Part shown: in pieces, positions 29,621 through 38,398 of the stretch | Position numbering within the stretch: position 1 is the first letter of the stretch | Layout of the letters: every line of letters begins with the position of its first letter | IMG/VR virus record: IMGVR_UViG_3300032030_000062 | Location: 1 to 64,000 of that record | Source: a virus | Lineage: Duplodnaviria > Caudoviricetes | Length of the DNA stretch: 64,000 nt | Direction: 5' to 3' (one strand) | The notes under the pieces: generated by a model | Databases searched by the model: none | What the model saw: the letters and a program-made list of their open reading frames with translations, nothing else | What the model was told of the DNA's origin: nothing | Translations under genes and position numbers: made by a program

Positions 29621-29743
29621 ATGATAATTCTTATAGCGGTATTAACATTACTCGGCATAATAAGTTCGATTTATGAAATCCGAAACGAAACCGAGGATGA
29701 TAAAAAGAAAAAGAAATGGCTGTTTGAACACGGTCTTTACTAA
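29621..29743 (+). CDS. 40-aa membrane peptide (cassette 2, not in ORF track)
   Basis: GGAG RBS; MIILIAVLTLLGIISSIYEIR...; the TAA stop lies inside the repeat. Confidence 0.5.
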   Translation: MIILIAVLTLLGIISSIYEIRNETEDDKKKKKWLFEHGLY

Positions 29744-29774
29744 CTTAAAGCAGACGGTATAAAGGATAATACAA

Positions 29775-29858
29775 ATGGTATATTTAATAGGTGGTTTAGT
29801 TATAGGTTTTGCAGGCGGGATGATGTTTGCAACTATGATATTCGATAAGGAGAGATGA
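29775..29858 (+). CDS. 27-aa hydrophobic peptide (cassette 3, not in ORF track)
   Basis: AAGGA RBS; MVYLIGGLVIGFAGGMMFATMIFDKER; ATGA overlap with the next gene. Confidence 0.45.
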   Translation: MVYLIGGLVIGFAGGMMFATMIFDKER

Positions 29859-30115
29859 ATATGACATTTGGAGAAGCACTTGAAAAAGTAAAAGAAGGTA
29901 AACGTATTTCAAGAAAAGGATGGAATGGTAAAGAACAATATGTAGAACTTGCTACCCATGTTTCGTATCAAAACTCTAAAGGTGAAATTATAAATCCACA
30001 ACACGATGCATTTGCAGGAAGTATTGCCCTTGCTTTTGTAGGTACTTCTGGAATACAGATTGGATGGCTTGCTTCACAAGCAGATATGTTAGCTAACGAC
30101 TGGGAGGTTAAATAA
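29855..30115 (+). CDS. DUF2829/Thoeris anti-defence Tad2-like family protein
   Basis: MTFGEALE..K.GKRISRKGWNGK...GWLASQADMLANDW is the DUF2829 signature. Confidence 0.8.
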   Translation: MNMTFGEALEKVKEGKRISRKGWNGKEQYVELATHVSYQNSKGEIINPQHDAFAGSIALAFVGTSGIQIGWLASQADMLANDWEVK

Positions 30116-30387
30116 TGAACTATACACTGGTTATATCGGTATGTTCTTTACTCTTAGCCGGGTATACTTTTCTCAGTAAGAATAATAAGGAAAATACAAC
30201 AGAACTAACAACCGTCATTGTGAAGTTGGAAAATATAGGTAATGGAATAAGGGACATTAAGACTGAATTAGCTACATTAAAGAATGATCAGAAAGAAGAT
30301 CATGATAAGATTATAAAGTTGGAAGCTTCTATAGCAACTGCCTGGAAACGCATTGATGAGATAAAGAAGGAAGATGCAAATTTATGA
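30115..30387 (+). CDS. N-terminal TM plus coiled-coil protein (holin/XhlA-like)
   Basis: Hydrophobic N-terminus; IIKLEASIATAWKRIDE. Confidence 0.5.
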   Translation: MNYTLVISVCSLLLAGYTFLSKNNKENTTELTTVIVKLENIGNGIRDIKTELATLKNDQKEDHDKIIKLEASIATAWKRIDEIKKEDANL

Positions 30388-30583
30388 TTTTACAGTTCCA
30401 GAATTAAATAAGTTTAGGGAATTATGTAACTTTGATGAACAGGAATTAACTTATTTTAATTTCCGCGCCCGTCATAAATCAAATACATTTATCTCTATGG
30501 AGATGCATGTATCAGAAGCACAAGTATCAAAGTTGGCAAAACGTGTAAAGAGTAAGATTTTAAGAGTAACTCCTTATTTATAA
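30374..30583 (+). CDS. small HTH regulator (LuxR/sigma region 4-like)
   Basis: SNTFISMEMHVSEAQVSKLAKRVKSKI HTH pattern. Confidence 0.6.
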   Translation: MQIYDFTVPELNKFRELCNFDEQELTYFNFRARHKSNTFISMEMHVSEAQVSKLAKRVKSKILRVTPYL

Positions 30584-30601
30584 AAAACGTATAATTTTTG
30601 T

Positions 30602-30634
30602 AAGAGTACCGTATAAGTGCGGTACTCTTTTTTT
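30602..30634 (+). terminator. Rho-independent terminator
   Basis: AAGAGTACCG/CGGTACTCTT stem followed by a T-run. Confidence 0.85.
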
Positions 30635-30776
30635 GTCTATAATTACAATCAAATAAAGGAGGTGTAAGCGATGCAAGATATTGGTGAGGCATTAAATACG
30701 ATAATGCAGGAAAAACAATGTTCGCCCGTTTATGCCTTCTTTTTATTATCTGAAAGTCAGAGAGAAGGTGGTAAAG

Positions 30777-31154
30777 ATGGGCTACGTGAATTACAATCCA
30801 AATCCGACAAGAAAATTAGTAGGAGATTGCGTTATAAGGGCGATTTCTAAAACAATGGACAGAGATTGGGAAGATGTATATTTGGATGTAATGATACAAG
30901 GTTTTACTATGCATGATATGCCATCTTCCAATGACGTATGGGGAACTTATTTAGCAGATCATGGTTTTAGAAGATATGTTATTCCTGATACTTGTCCCTA
31001 TTGTTATACAGTAAATCAGTTTGTAATGGATAATCCAGATTTAACTGGAATACTCGCTACTGGTACTCATGTAATAGCAGTAAGCGATGGAAATTATTAT
31101 GATACATGGGATAGTGGAAATGAAGTTCCCATTTATTATTGGAGGAAAGAATGA
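30777..31154 (+). CDS. hypothetical protein, possibly a papain-like Cys/His enzyme
   Basis: GDCVIRAI and THVIAV...YYDTWDS motifs. Confidence 0.5.
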   Translation: MGYVNYNPNPTRKLVGDCVIRAISKTMDRDWEDVYLDVMIQGFTMHDMPSSNDVWGTYLADHGFRRYVIPDTCPYCYTVNQFVMDNPDLTGILATGTHVIAVSDGNYYDTWDSGNEVPIYYWRKE

Positions 31155-31612
31155 TGGCATATAACAACGGTTTTCCAGTAGGTTATCAACCTATGTATCC
31201 TCAGTATAATTTTGTTCCTCAACAGCAACAGTATACTCCCTCAACTATACCTCAACAGAATTATACTCCATCAACTGTATCTCAACAGCAACCCGTTAAT
31301 GATACTGGTATTTTATGGGTACAAGGTGAAGCAGGAGCAAAGTCGTGGGCAGTAGCACCGGGAAAAAGTGTAATGCTTATGGACAGTGAATCAAATACTT
31401 TTTATATTAAATCATCCGATCAAAGTGGTATGCCAATGCCATTAAGAATATTTGATTATCAAGAGAGAACATCCCAAACTAATCAATCCCAATTAGCACA
31501 ACACCAAGAATTTGATACATCACAATTTGTTACTTGGGATAAATTAGATGAACGTATAACACAAAAATTGGATGAATTTACAAGACCATCGGGAGGTAAT
31601 AATAATGGGTAA
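31151..31612 (+). CDS. Gln/Pro/Tyr-rich conserved hypothetical protein
   Basis: GGAGG RBS; ILWVQGEAGAKS...LMDSESNTFYIKS. Confidence 0.75.
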   Translation: MMAYNNGFPVGYQPMYPQYNFVPQQQQYTPSTIPQQNYTPSTVSQQQPVNDTGILWVQGEAGAKSWAVAPGKSVMLMDSESNTFYIKSSDQSGMPMPLRIFDYQERTSQTNQSQLAQHQEFDTSQFVTWDKLDERITQKLDEFTRPSGGNNNG

Positions 31613-31826
31613 TTCTTTATATAGTTCAATAGGAAATAGTTCTCAGAATATGCCGTTTAATATGCAGGAAATAACAAATAGATTAAATCAGTTTAGACAA
31701 TCTTTTTCTGGTGACCCTAAAGCACAGGTTCAACAGCTTCTTAATTCTGGAAGAATGACGCAGAGTCAATATAATCAATTATCCCAAATGGCAACACAGA
31801 TTCAAAAAATGCTTACCAAACAGTGA
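31605..31826 (+). CDS. Gln/Met-rich small helical protein
   Basis: GGAGG RBS; DPKAQVQQLLNSGRMTQSQYNQL. Confidence 0.7.
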   Translation: MGNSLYSSIGNSSQNMPFNMQEITNRLNQFRQSFSGDPKAQVQQLLNSGRMTQSQYNQLSQMATQIQKMLTKQ

Positions 31827-31880
31827 TACAAATACCATGGCCAAGGTTAATGTATAAATTTATTAAGGAGGTTAAAGACG

Positions 31881-32810
31881 ATGGCTTTAACAGAAGGTGG
31901 AAATGGAGGTAATGAAATGGTTATGCCTGTAGCACCTATGTATGGTGGCGGTGGTTCCGGCTTTGGTGGCTGGGGCGGCGATAACGGTTGGTGGATTATT
32001 CTTCTGTTCCTGTTTGCTCTTGGCGGTTGGGGCAACGGCTTCGGTGGAGGCTATGGTGGAGGCGGTGCAATGCCTTACATCATGAGCAATACTACCAATG
32101 CAGATGTTCAGCGTGGTTTTGACCAGCAGGCAGTAATGAGTGGGATTTCCGGCATACAGTCTGGTATTTCTGGATTATCTACTCAACTGTGTGGATGCTG
32201 TGCAGATGTGCAACAGTCCTTATGCAATGGTTTCGCAGGAGTTAATGCAACAGTTAATAGTGGATTCGCTAATGCTGAAACAGCGGCAAATGCCCGTCAG
32301 ATGGCGAACATGAATCAGGCATTCAATGCCCAGACAGCTATGATGCAAGGATTCAACAACATCGGTTCTCAGTTTGCCGATTGTTGCTGTGAGAACAGAC
32401 TTGGACTTGCCGATCTGAAATACACGGTGGCGACAGAGAATTGTGCTGATAGAACTGCGGCGGCTCAGAATACAAGGGACATTATTGATTCTCAGACTCG
32501 TGGCACTCAGGCTATTCTTGATAAACTTTGCCAGCTTGAACTTGACGGAGTTAAGGCTCAGGTTGAAGCTAAGAATGATAGAATTTCTGAACTTCAGACC
32601 CAGCTTAACATGGCTAATCTTGCGGCTTCTCAGACCGCTCAGAATGCCCTTATTCAGAATGGTTTTGCTAACGAGGTTGATGCTCTGTATAACAGACTTA
32701 ACTCCTGTCCTGTCCCGACTACTCCGGTTTATGGTCGTACTCCTATTTTTACTTGTTCGCAGAATCCGTACGATGGGTGCAGATGCGGCGGTAACGGATT
32801 CGCAAATTGA
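31881..32810 (+). CDS. Gly-rich membrane-anchored protein with CC/CCC motifs and coiled coil
   Basis: AAGGAGG RBS; GWWIILLFLFALGGWG; LCGCC, DCCCENR. Confidence 0.8.
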   Translation: MALTEGGNGGNEMVMPVAPMYGGGGSGFGGWGGDNGWWIILLFLFALGGWGNGFGGGYGGGGAMPYIMSNTTNADVQRGFDQQAVMSGISGIQSGISGLSTQLCGCCADVQQSLCNGFAGVNATVNSGFANAETAANARQMANMNQAFNAQTAMMQGFNNIGSQFADCCCENRLGLADLKYTVATENCADRTAAAQNTRDIIDSQTRGTQAILDKLCQLELDGVKAQVEAKNDRISELQTQLNMANLAASQTAQNALIQNGFANEVDALYNRLNSCPVPTTPVYGRTPIFTCSQNPYDGCRCGGNGFAN

Positions 32811-32822
32811 TGAGGTGATACT

Positions 32823-33278
32823 ATGGCAAAGTATATTACATCAACGGATCAAAACGTTGCTCTGAACGGTACCTTTCCGTTTAACATTGTATCTATCCCG
32901 TGTAATAAAGGATGTGTAATCCCTATCACAACTGGGGTTCTTACTTTACAAGGTAGCAGAACTAATAGATTTGCGAGATATGAGGTTGAACTTCAGGCAA
33001 ATATTGCGATTCCAGAAGGTGGAACTGTTACGCCAATAGCAGTCGCAATCACACTTAATGGTGTAGCTATTCCTGATAGTGTAGCAATTATTACTCCCGC
33101 GGCGGCAGAAGATGTGTGGCATATTAGCACATCCGCGACAATCACAGTACCGTGTGATTGTTGTGTATCAGTTTCGGCCGCTTACGTGGATGCCACAGAA
33201 GATGATGCAACAGTGACTCCTACTCCGTCAATTTTTGTACGGAGAAACGCCTCGCTGACCGTATCCAGAACAGCATAA
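32823..33278 (+). CDS. beta-rich protein (BclA-CTD/TNF-like fold suspected)
   Basis: GAGGTG RBS; alternating beta pattern; VPCDCC. Confidence 0.6.
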   Translation: MAKYITSTDQNVALNGTFPFNIVSIPCNKGCVIPITTGVLTLQGSRTNRFARYEVELQANIAIPEGGTVTPIAVAITLNGVAIPDSVAIITPAAAEDVWHISTSATITVPCDCCVSVSAAYVDATEDDATVTPTPSIFVRRNASLTVSRTA

Positions 33279-33295
33279 GAAAGGAGGTATGTCAA

Positions 33296-34030
33296 ATGGA
33301 TAAGAATTATGAAGCTATAAAAGAAATTCTGGAAGATCAGATTAAAAAGATCGTCAAAAAAGGAGACATATCTCCTCAGGAACTTGATAATCTCTATAAA
33401 GCCTCTGCTATTTGTTTAGACTTTGAAACAAAAGATGCCATGAAGAAAGCTGAGGAACAGCAAAAACAAGGCGGTCAGTCTATGAACAGCTATAATATGG
33501 GTAACCGTAGAGGTTCTTATAATATGGGCGGTTCTAATGAAGGTGGAAATTCTACTCATTATCCGTGGTTTATGTACGCAGGTGATGGAACATATGATTT
33601 CGGAAATAGTGGTAACTCTTATGGACCTATCTGGAATCAGGATATGGAAAATAAGTCTCTGCATGAATTACACTCTCAGGACGGCAATAGCAATAGAAGA
33701 GGCGTAAAAGGAACCGGACGTGGCAATTCTTATGATCGTTCCTATGAAGGTGCGTATGACGGTGCTTATGATGGAGCATACGACGGTAGTTATGATGGAA
33801 GTTATAACGGTAGCTATGACGGGTCTATGGATGCTTCTGGTGATAATTCCTATCGCCGGGGCAGAGATCAAAGAACTGGCAGATATGTAAGTCGTGATAA
33901 TAGAGGATATAGTCGTGCGATGGATAAACAGCGCATGATCGGTAAACTCGAAGATATGATGGACGATGCTCCGTCAGAAAAAGAACGGCGTACATTACAG
34001 CAATGCGTTGACAAACTGGAAAGACAGTAA
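33296..34030 (+). CDS. Gly/Ser/Tyr/Asn-rich low-complexity protein with Y(D/E/N)G(A/S) repeats
   Basis: AAGGAGG RBS; 8 tetrapeptide units encoded at 33731-33826. Confidence 0.8.
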   Translation: MDKNYEAIKEILEDQIKKIVKKGDISPQELDNLYKASAICLDFETKDAMKKAEEQQKQGGQSMNSYNMGNRRGSYNMGGSNEGGNSTHYPWFMYAGDGTYDFGNSGNSYGPIWNQDMENKSLHELHSQDGNSNRRGVKGTGRGNSYDRSYEGAYDGAYDGAYDGSYDGSYNGSYDGSMDASGDNSYRRGRDQRTGRYVSRDNRGYSRAMDKQRMIGKLEDMMDDAPSEKERRTLQQCVDKLERQ

Positions 34031-34040
34031 TCAATTACAG

Positions 34041-34071
34041 AAGAGGGAGAGATAATTCTCCCTCTTTTTTT
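34041..34071 (+). terminator. Rho-independent terminator
   Basis: AAGAGGGAGA/TCTCCCTCTT stem followed by a T-run. Confidence 0.85.
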
Positions 34072-34086
34072 ATTAGGAGAATCAGA

Positions 34087-34437
34087 ATGAATTTAGCAGT
34101 TATAAATAATATGATAACAGAATTGGAAAAGAATGATGATACATCATTATCTAATATAAGGAACTTATCAGCTTTATACATTGTTAGAGATCATTTATCT
34201 ATAGAGGAATCAAACGATAAAACAGTATCAGAATTAAATGATATATTGCCGTCATATATACAATATAAAGCAATAAAGCGCAAATATCAGTTAGGGGAGG
34301 CATCAAAAGAACGTGTTCTTTCTTATTTAAAGAGCGTGTGCAAAGAGATCAAAGAATTTATGCAAACACTATATAGTGGAACAGATATGCAGGAAGAACG
34401 TGATATATTAAAACAACTTGTAAAAGATATGCAGTGA
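34087..34437 (+). CDS. hypothetical protein
   Basis: AGGAG RBS, 116 aa. Confidence 0.7.
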   Translation: MNLAVINNMITELEKNDDTSLSNIRNLSALYIVRDHLSIEESNDKTVSELNDILPSYIQYKAIKRKYQLGEASKERVLSYLKSVCKEIKEFMQTLYSGTDMQEERDILKQLVKDMQ

Positions 34438-34453
34438 CGCATATCTTTTTTTA

Positions 34454-34482
34454 TTGACTTTCTTTTAAATATGTAGTACAAT
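34454..34482 (+). promoter_or_regulatory. sigma-A-type promoter
   Basis: TTGACT-17-TACAAT with TGTAG. Confidence 0.7.
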
Positions 34483-34522
34483 ATTTCTGTAAGCAAGTAA
34501 ACGCATTCATAAAGGAGGAATT

Positions 34523-35035
34523 ATGAAAAGTATTACTCTTTTGTTACAGGACGCACTTGATGTTATGGAAGACCTCGATATTGAAGTTGAGCCTATTTCT
34601 AAGATTACGTGGAACTACAGATTGAAATCTGTATGGGGTAAATGTATCAGACAGAATAATATGTACAGGATCGAATTGAATCCGATTTTAGATGATGACG
34701 ATGTATCTTGGGAAGATGCATTGAATACCGTTATTCATGAGGTACTGCATTGTCATCCAGATAGATTCTGTCATACAGGCGAATGGAAAAGATGCGCTGA
34801 TTTAGTTAATAGAGAATATCCTATTTATCATATTGAAAGAACTACTTCCGCTGAAGAGAAAGGTGTTGAAAACAAAATTCAGAGGAGTTATAAATACGAA
34901 ACCGTTTGTTTAGATTGTGGTCATACAGAAAGATGGCAGAGAGAATCACGGGTGATAAAAGCTTTAAAAAGAAATTCTCATTCCTGCCGTTGCTCATGCG
35001 GTTCTACTAATATACAGTTGATTGTTTTAAAATAA
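34523..35035 (+). CDS. SprT-like zinc metalloprotease
   Basis: WGKC, IELN, HEVLH, HTGEWK and C-terminal CxxC...CxC. Confidence 0.85.
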   Translation: MKSITLLLQDALDVMEDLDIEVEPISKITWNYRLKSVWGKCIRQNNMYRIELNPILDDDDVSWEDALNTVIHEVLHCHPDRFCHTGEWKRCADLVNREYPIYHIERTTSAEEKGVENKIQRSYKYETVCLDCGHTERWQRESRVIKALKRNSHSCRCSCGSTNIQLIVLK

Positions 35036-35038
35036 TCG

Positions 35039-35067
35039 TTGACAGCTATATAAATGTGTAGTATAAT
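35039..35067 (+). promoter_or_regulatory. sigma-A-type promoter
   Basis: TTGACA-17-TATAAT. Confidence 0.85.
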
Positions 35068-35111
35068 ATTTACAGTTACAAGATAACACGATTCAAGAGA
35101 GGAGAAAAATT

Positions 35112-35366
35112 ATGGTAAAAGAATTTGAAAAAGTGATGGCAATGGTTAGTTTAACGGAAAGTTTTGATGATGCATATGATGCATTGGCAGCAATTGGGAT
35201 GAGTATTGACTCCATTGCTTTAAAGCATAACATTCCGATTAACAAGTTACTGGCTCAGTTGATAACTGTCGTTAAAGAAGTGAATGAACAGGACGGACCG
35301 CTTACTGAATTGTCTGGAACAAAGTGTACTGTTAAGATTGTTAGAAAGGAGCAGAAAAATGATTGA
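35112..35366 (+). CDS. hypothetical protein
   Basis: GAGGAG RBS, downstream of a promoter. Confidence 0.7.
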   Translation: MVKEFEKVMAMVSLTESFDDAYDALAAIGMSIDSIALKHNIPINKLLAQLITVVKEVNEQDGPLTELSGTKCTVKIVRKEQKND

Positions 35367-37035
35367 CGTTAGATTGGCAGAAGCTACTAAGGTCAACGGG
35401 GATTGGTCACTTTATGTGACCTTTCCCTACGATCAGAAAATCGTTGATGTAATTAGGGGATTTTCAAGTCGTTCTTGGGATAAAGATAAGAAAGAATGGG
35501 AACTTCCCATTAAATGTTTTAAGTCTTTTATTGATTCCCTTCCGGATTTTGATTTTGATATTCATGGGAAATGGGAAGCATTAGCAGAGAAAAAAGAAGT
35601 TGCTATTCCTGCCGGATTTCAGTTTAAGACTAATCCTTTTCAGCATCAGATTGAAGGATTTCAGTACGGACTTAATAACGATAGATGGTTATTAGGGGAT
35701 GAACAGGGGTTAGGAAAGACAAAGCAAGTTATTGACATTGCAGTGGCAAAGAAACTTGTTAAAGGTTATAAACATTGTCTCATTGTTTGTGGTGTGAATG
35801 GACTTAAATGGAATTGGGTAAATGAAGTTCGTACCCATTCAAATGAAGATGCTTGGATTCTTGGACAGAGATATAAAGCCGGTCATAGAGTTATTGGGAG
35901 TCTTATCGATAGAATTGAAGATGTAAAACGCATTAAGGAAATTGAAAGTTATTTTCTTATTACCAATGTAGAAACATTGAGAAATGAGGAGATTACAAAA
36001 GAAATTCAGAAACTCTGTAAAGATGGAACTATTGGTCTTGTTGCTATTGACGAGATTCATAAATGCAAGAATCCTACATCACAGCAAGGAAAAGCAATTC
36101 TGAAAATTCAGCCTGAATGTAGAATTGCTATGACGGGTACTCCGCTCATGAATAATCCTTTTGATTTGTATATCATTCTCAAATGGTTGGGATATGAGAA
36201 ACATCCTTTCTATGCTTTCAAAAAGCATTACGGATTGTTCGGTGGATACGGTGGATATGAAGTCGTTGGTTATCGTTATCTTGACGAACTTCAGGCACAG
36301 TTAGAAGAAATCATGCTTAGGAGATTAAAGAAAGATGTTCTTGATCTGCCTGAAAAGACTCGTATTACAGAATATGTGGAAATGACTCCAAAGCAGAGAC
36401 AGATTTATAATGAGGTAACTGCTGATATTAAGATGAACATTGACCAGATTAAAATGCAGAATAATCCTCTTGCGGAACTTATCAGAATGAGACAGGCAAC
36501 CGGATATACAGGTATTCTTTCTTCTACAGTTAAAGAGAGTGCTAAACTTGACAGAATGGAAGAACTTGTGGAAGAAGCTGTAGAAAACGGTAAAAAAGTT
36601 GTTATCTTTTCTAACTGGACACAGATGACCGATGTAATTTGTAACAGACTTATAAAATATTCCCCGGCTGTTATTACGGGCGATATTAGCGATAATATGC
36701 GCCAAACAATGGTAAATGAGTTTCAGAATAACGATAGCTGTAAAGTTATTATCGGTACTATCGGTGCTATGGGTACAGGACTTACTCTTACAGCCGGTAC
36801 AGTTGAAATCTTTATGGATGAACCGTGGAATCGTGCTAATAAAGAACAGGCAGAAGATAGATGTCATCGTGTAGGTACTACTGAAAATGTAACTATTTAC
36901 ACACTTGTCTGTAAAGATACCATCGATGAAAGAATCAATGAACTTGTTGAAAAGAAAGGTGCTATGGCAGATGCATTAGTTGACGGACAAGTTAAAATAG
37001 ATAAAGGACAGTTACTTGATTTTCTCATTAACTAA
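35359..37035 (+). CDS. SNF2-family helicase/ATPase with N-terminal HARP-like domain
   Basis: DEQGLGKT, DEIH, MTGTP, QAEDRCHRVG. Confidence 0.92.
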   Translation: MIDVRLAEATKVNGDWSLYVTFPYDQKIVDVIRGFSSRSWDKDKKEWELPIKCFKSFIDSLPDFDFDIHGKWEALAEKKEVAIPAGFQFKTNPFQHQIEGFQYGLNNDRWLLGDEQGLGKTKQVIDIAVAKKLVKGYKHCLIVCGVNGLKWNWVNEVRTHSNEDAWILGQRYKAGHRVIGSLIDRIEDVKRIKEIESYFLITNVETLRNEEITKEIQKLCKDGTIGLVAIDEIHKCKNPTSQQGKAILKIQPECRIAMTGTPLMNNPFDLYIILKWLGYEKHPFYAFKKHYGLFGGYGGYEVVGYRYLDELQAQLEEIMLRRLKKDVLDLPEKTRITEYVEMTPKQRQIYNEVTADIKMNIDQIKMQNNPLAELIRMRQATGYTGILSSTVKESAKLDRMEELVEEAVENGKKVVIFSNWTQMTDVICNRLIKYSPAVITGDISDNMRQTMVNEFQNNDSCKVIIGTIGAMGTGLTLTAGTVEIFMDEPWNRANKEQAEDRCHRVGTTENVTIYTLVCKDTIDERINELVEKKGAMADALVDGQVKIDKGQLLDFLIN

Positions 37036-37049
37036 ATATTGAAAAATAG

Positions 37050-37079
37050 GTTGACAAGCTAAGTTATTAGCTTGTCAAC
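37050..37079. terminator. perfect 13-bp inverted repeat (terminator/operator) next to a promoter
   Basis: GTTGACAAGCTAA-gtta-TTAGCTTGTCAAC. Confidence 0.6.
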
Positions 37080-37082
37080 TTG

Positions 37083-37111
37083 TTGACAAATTTACTATTA
37101 TGTTATATAAT
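37083..37111 (+). promoter_or_regulatory. sigma-A-type promoter
   Basis: TTGACA-17-TATAAT. Confidence 0.85.
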
Positions 37112-37181
37112 ATTGTAAATGAAAACTATGAGCAGATGATAGAAAAGGATGTGATGATTATGTGAATGGAGGTAATTTTAT

Positions 37182-37505
37182 ATGGCAGAAATAGTAAATG
37201 ATGTGCTAACAAATAATACAGAACGACTACTAAAAATTGAAGAAGTAGCAGTTATAATAGGTAGTTCTTCTAAATCAATAAATAATTGGTATTGGTTTAA
37301 AAGAGAAAATCCTGACAATGAATATTCTCAAATGTTGCCCGACTATATTCAAGACGGAGAACGACAGACAAGATATTGGAAAGAATCCGATATTTGGAAA
37401 CTGATTGAATTTAAACAAACAATTCCTCGTGGTAGAAGTGGAATATTAGGTAGCGTTACTCAAAAGTATTATCATAAACGGAGGGAAAAGAATGAATCTA
37501 ACTGA
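37182..37505 (+). CDS. putative DNA-binding protein (AlpA/excisionase-like HTH)
   Basis: RLLKIEEVAVIIG and RYWKESDI patterns. Confidence 0.55.
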   Translation: MAEIVNDVLTNNTERLLKIEEVAVIIGSSSKSINNWYWFKRENPDNEYSQMLPDYIQDGERQTRYWKESDIWKLIEFKQTIPRGRSGILGSVTQKYYHKRREKNESN

Positions 37506-37893
37506 TTTGGAAAAACTAATTCCGCAATATGCGGCTAATAAAAATGAACTTGACAGCTATAAAAAGATTTGCGAAAAGGAAAATGCCAAGATTAAAGAGA
37601 TCATGAAAAGCTTTGCGCTGGAGCATTTTGAATCCGGCGGATATAAAGTGACTTATTCTATATCTCCGAGAGAATCTATAGATGAAGAAATGCTTTTGGA
37701 AATTATACGAAGAAATCATATCAAAGGAATTATAAAGACAAAGGAATATATTGATTTTGACGCATTAGAAAAAGCTATGTATGACGGTAATATTTCAATG
37801 GATGTACTGTTAGAAATGGATAAAGCAAAAGAAACAAAGAATGTGGAAACATTAAGAATAAGTAAAATTAAAGTAGCTAAGGAGGAAAAATAA
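37492..37893 (+). CDS. hypothetical protein (Gam/Gp157-like coiled coil)
   Basis: Charged helical protein in the replication region. Confidence 0.45.
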   Translation: MNLTDLEKLIPQYAANKNELDSYKKICEKENAKIKEIMKSFALEHFESGGYKVTYSISPRESIDEEMLLEIIRRNHIKGIIKTKEYIDFDALEKAMYDGNISMDVLLEMDKAKETKNVETLRISKIKVAKEEK

Positions 37894-37990
37894 TGTATAT
37901 CAATCCGGTTCTTGTAGGTGTTGTTGCTACACTGTTAGTGGAAATTTGTGTTGCTGTAGTTTATACATATTTTAATGATAGGAGATAATT

Positions 37991-38191
37991 ATGCAGATTA
38001 CATCTATTCGTGCCACAAGTCGTGCGTCTATTAAAGTACATGATTCATTTTATACCATCGAGTATTGTGAGGAAAGAAGTATTGCTCCTGAAGATAGCAT
38101 TGAAGAGGAAAGAACAAAACTTTGGGATACATGTAACAATGAAGTAGATGGTCAGATTGAAGATATTTTAAAATCTTTCGGAAAGAAATAA
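37991..38191 (+). CDS. hypothetical protein
   Basis: AGGAG RBS. Confidence 0.65.
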   Translation: MQITSIRATSRASIKVHDSFYTIEYCEERSIAPEDSIEEERTKLWDTCNNEVDGQIEDILKSFGKK

Positions 38192-38207
38192 AATCTTAAA
38201 ATATTTG

Positions 38208-38236
38208 TTGACAAATAGACTATTATGTTATATAAT
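38208..38236 (+). promoter_or_regulatory. promoter of the replication operon
   Basis: TTGACA-17-TATAAT. Confidence 0.85.
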
Positions 38237-38266
38237 AATGAAGTCGTAAGAAAGCGACAACAAATA

Positions 38267-38385
38267 GGTTAGCTTGCACCTCCGCCACGGTGCTTGCAAT
38301 AGTACCTCATATCGGAGTACAGGCTAACAAGAAGTCTATACATTTACAGAGTGGCGGCTGTATTTGTATAGACTTATTTGTTTTT
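38267..38385 (+). promoter_or_regulatory. structured 5' leader with kissing-loop complementarity
   Basis: Hairpin GCACC-TCCGCCAC-GGTGC and a long hairpin with loop AGTGGCGG followed by a U-rich tract. Confidence 0.65.
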
Positions 38386-38398
38386 ATAGGAGAATTTT

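Larger units (their letters stand above)
29264..29755. repeat. three direct repeats (A)YTAACTTAAAGCAG separating small genes
   Basis: Copies at ~29266-29281, 29586-29602 and 29739-29753. Confidence 0.85.
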
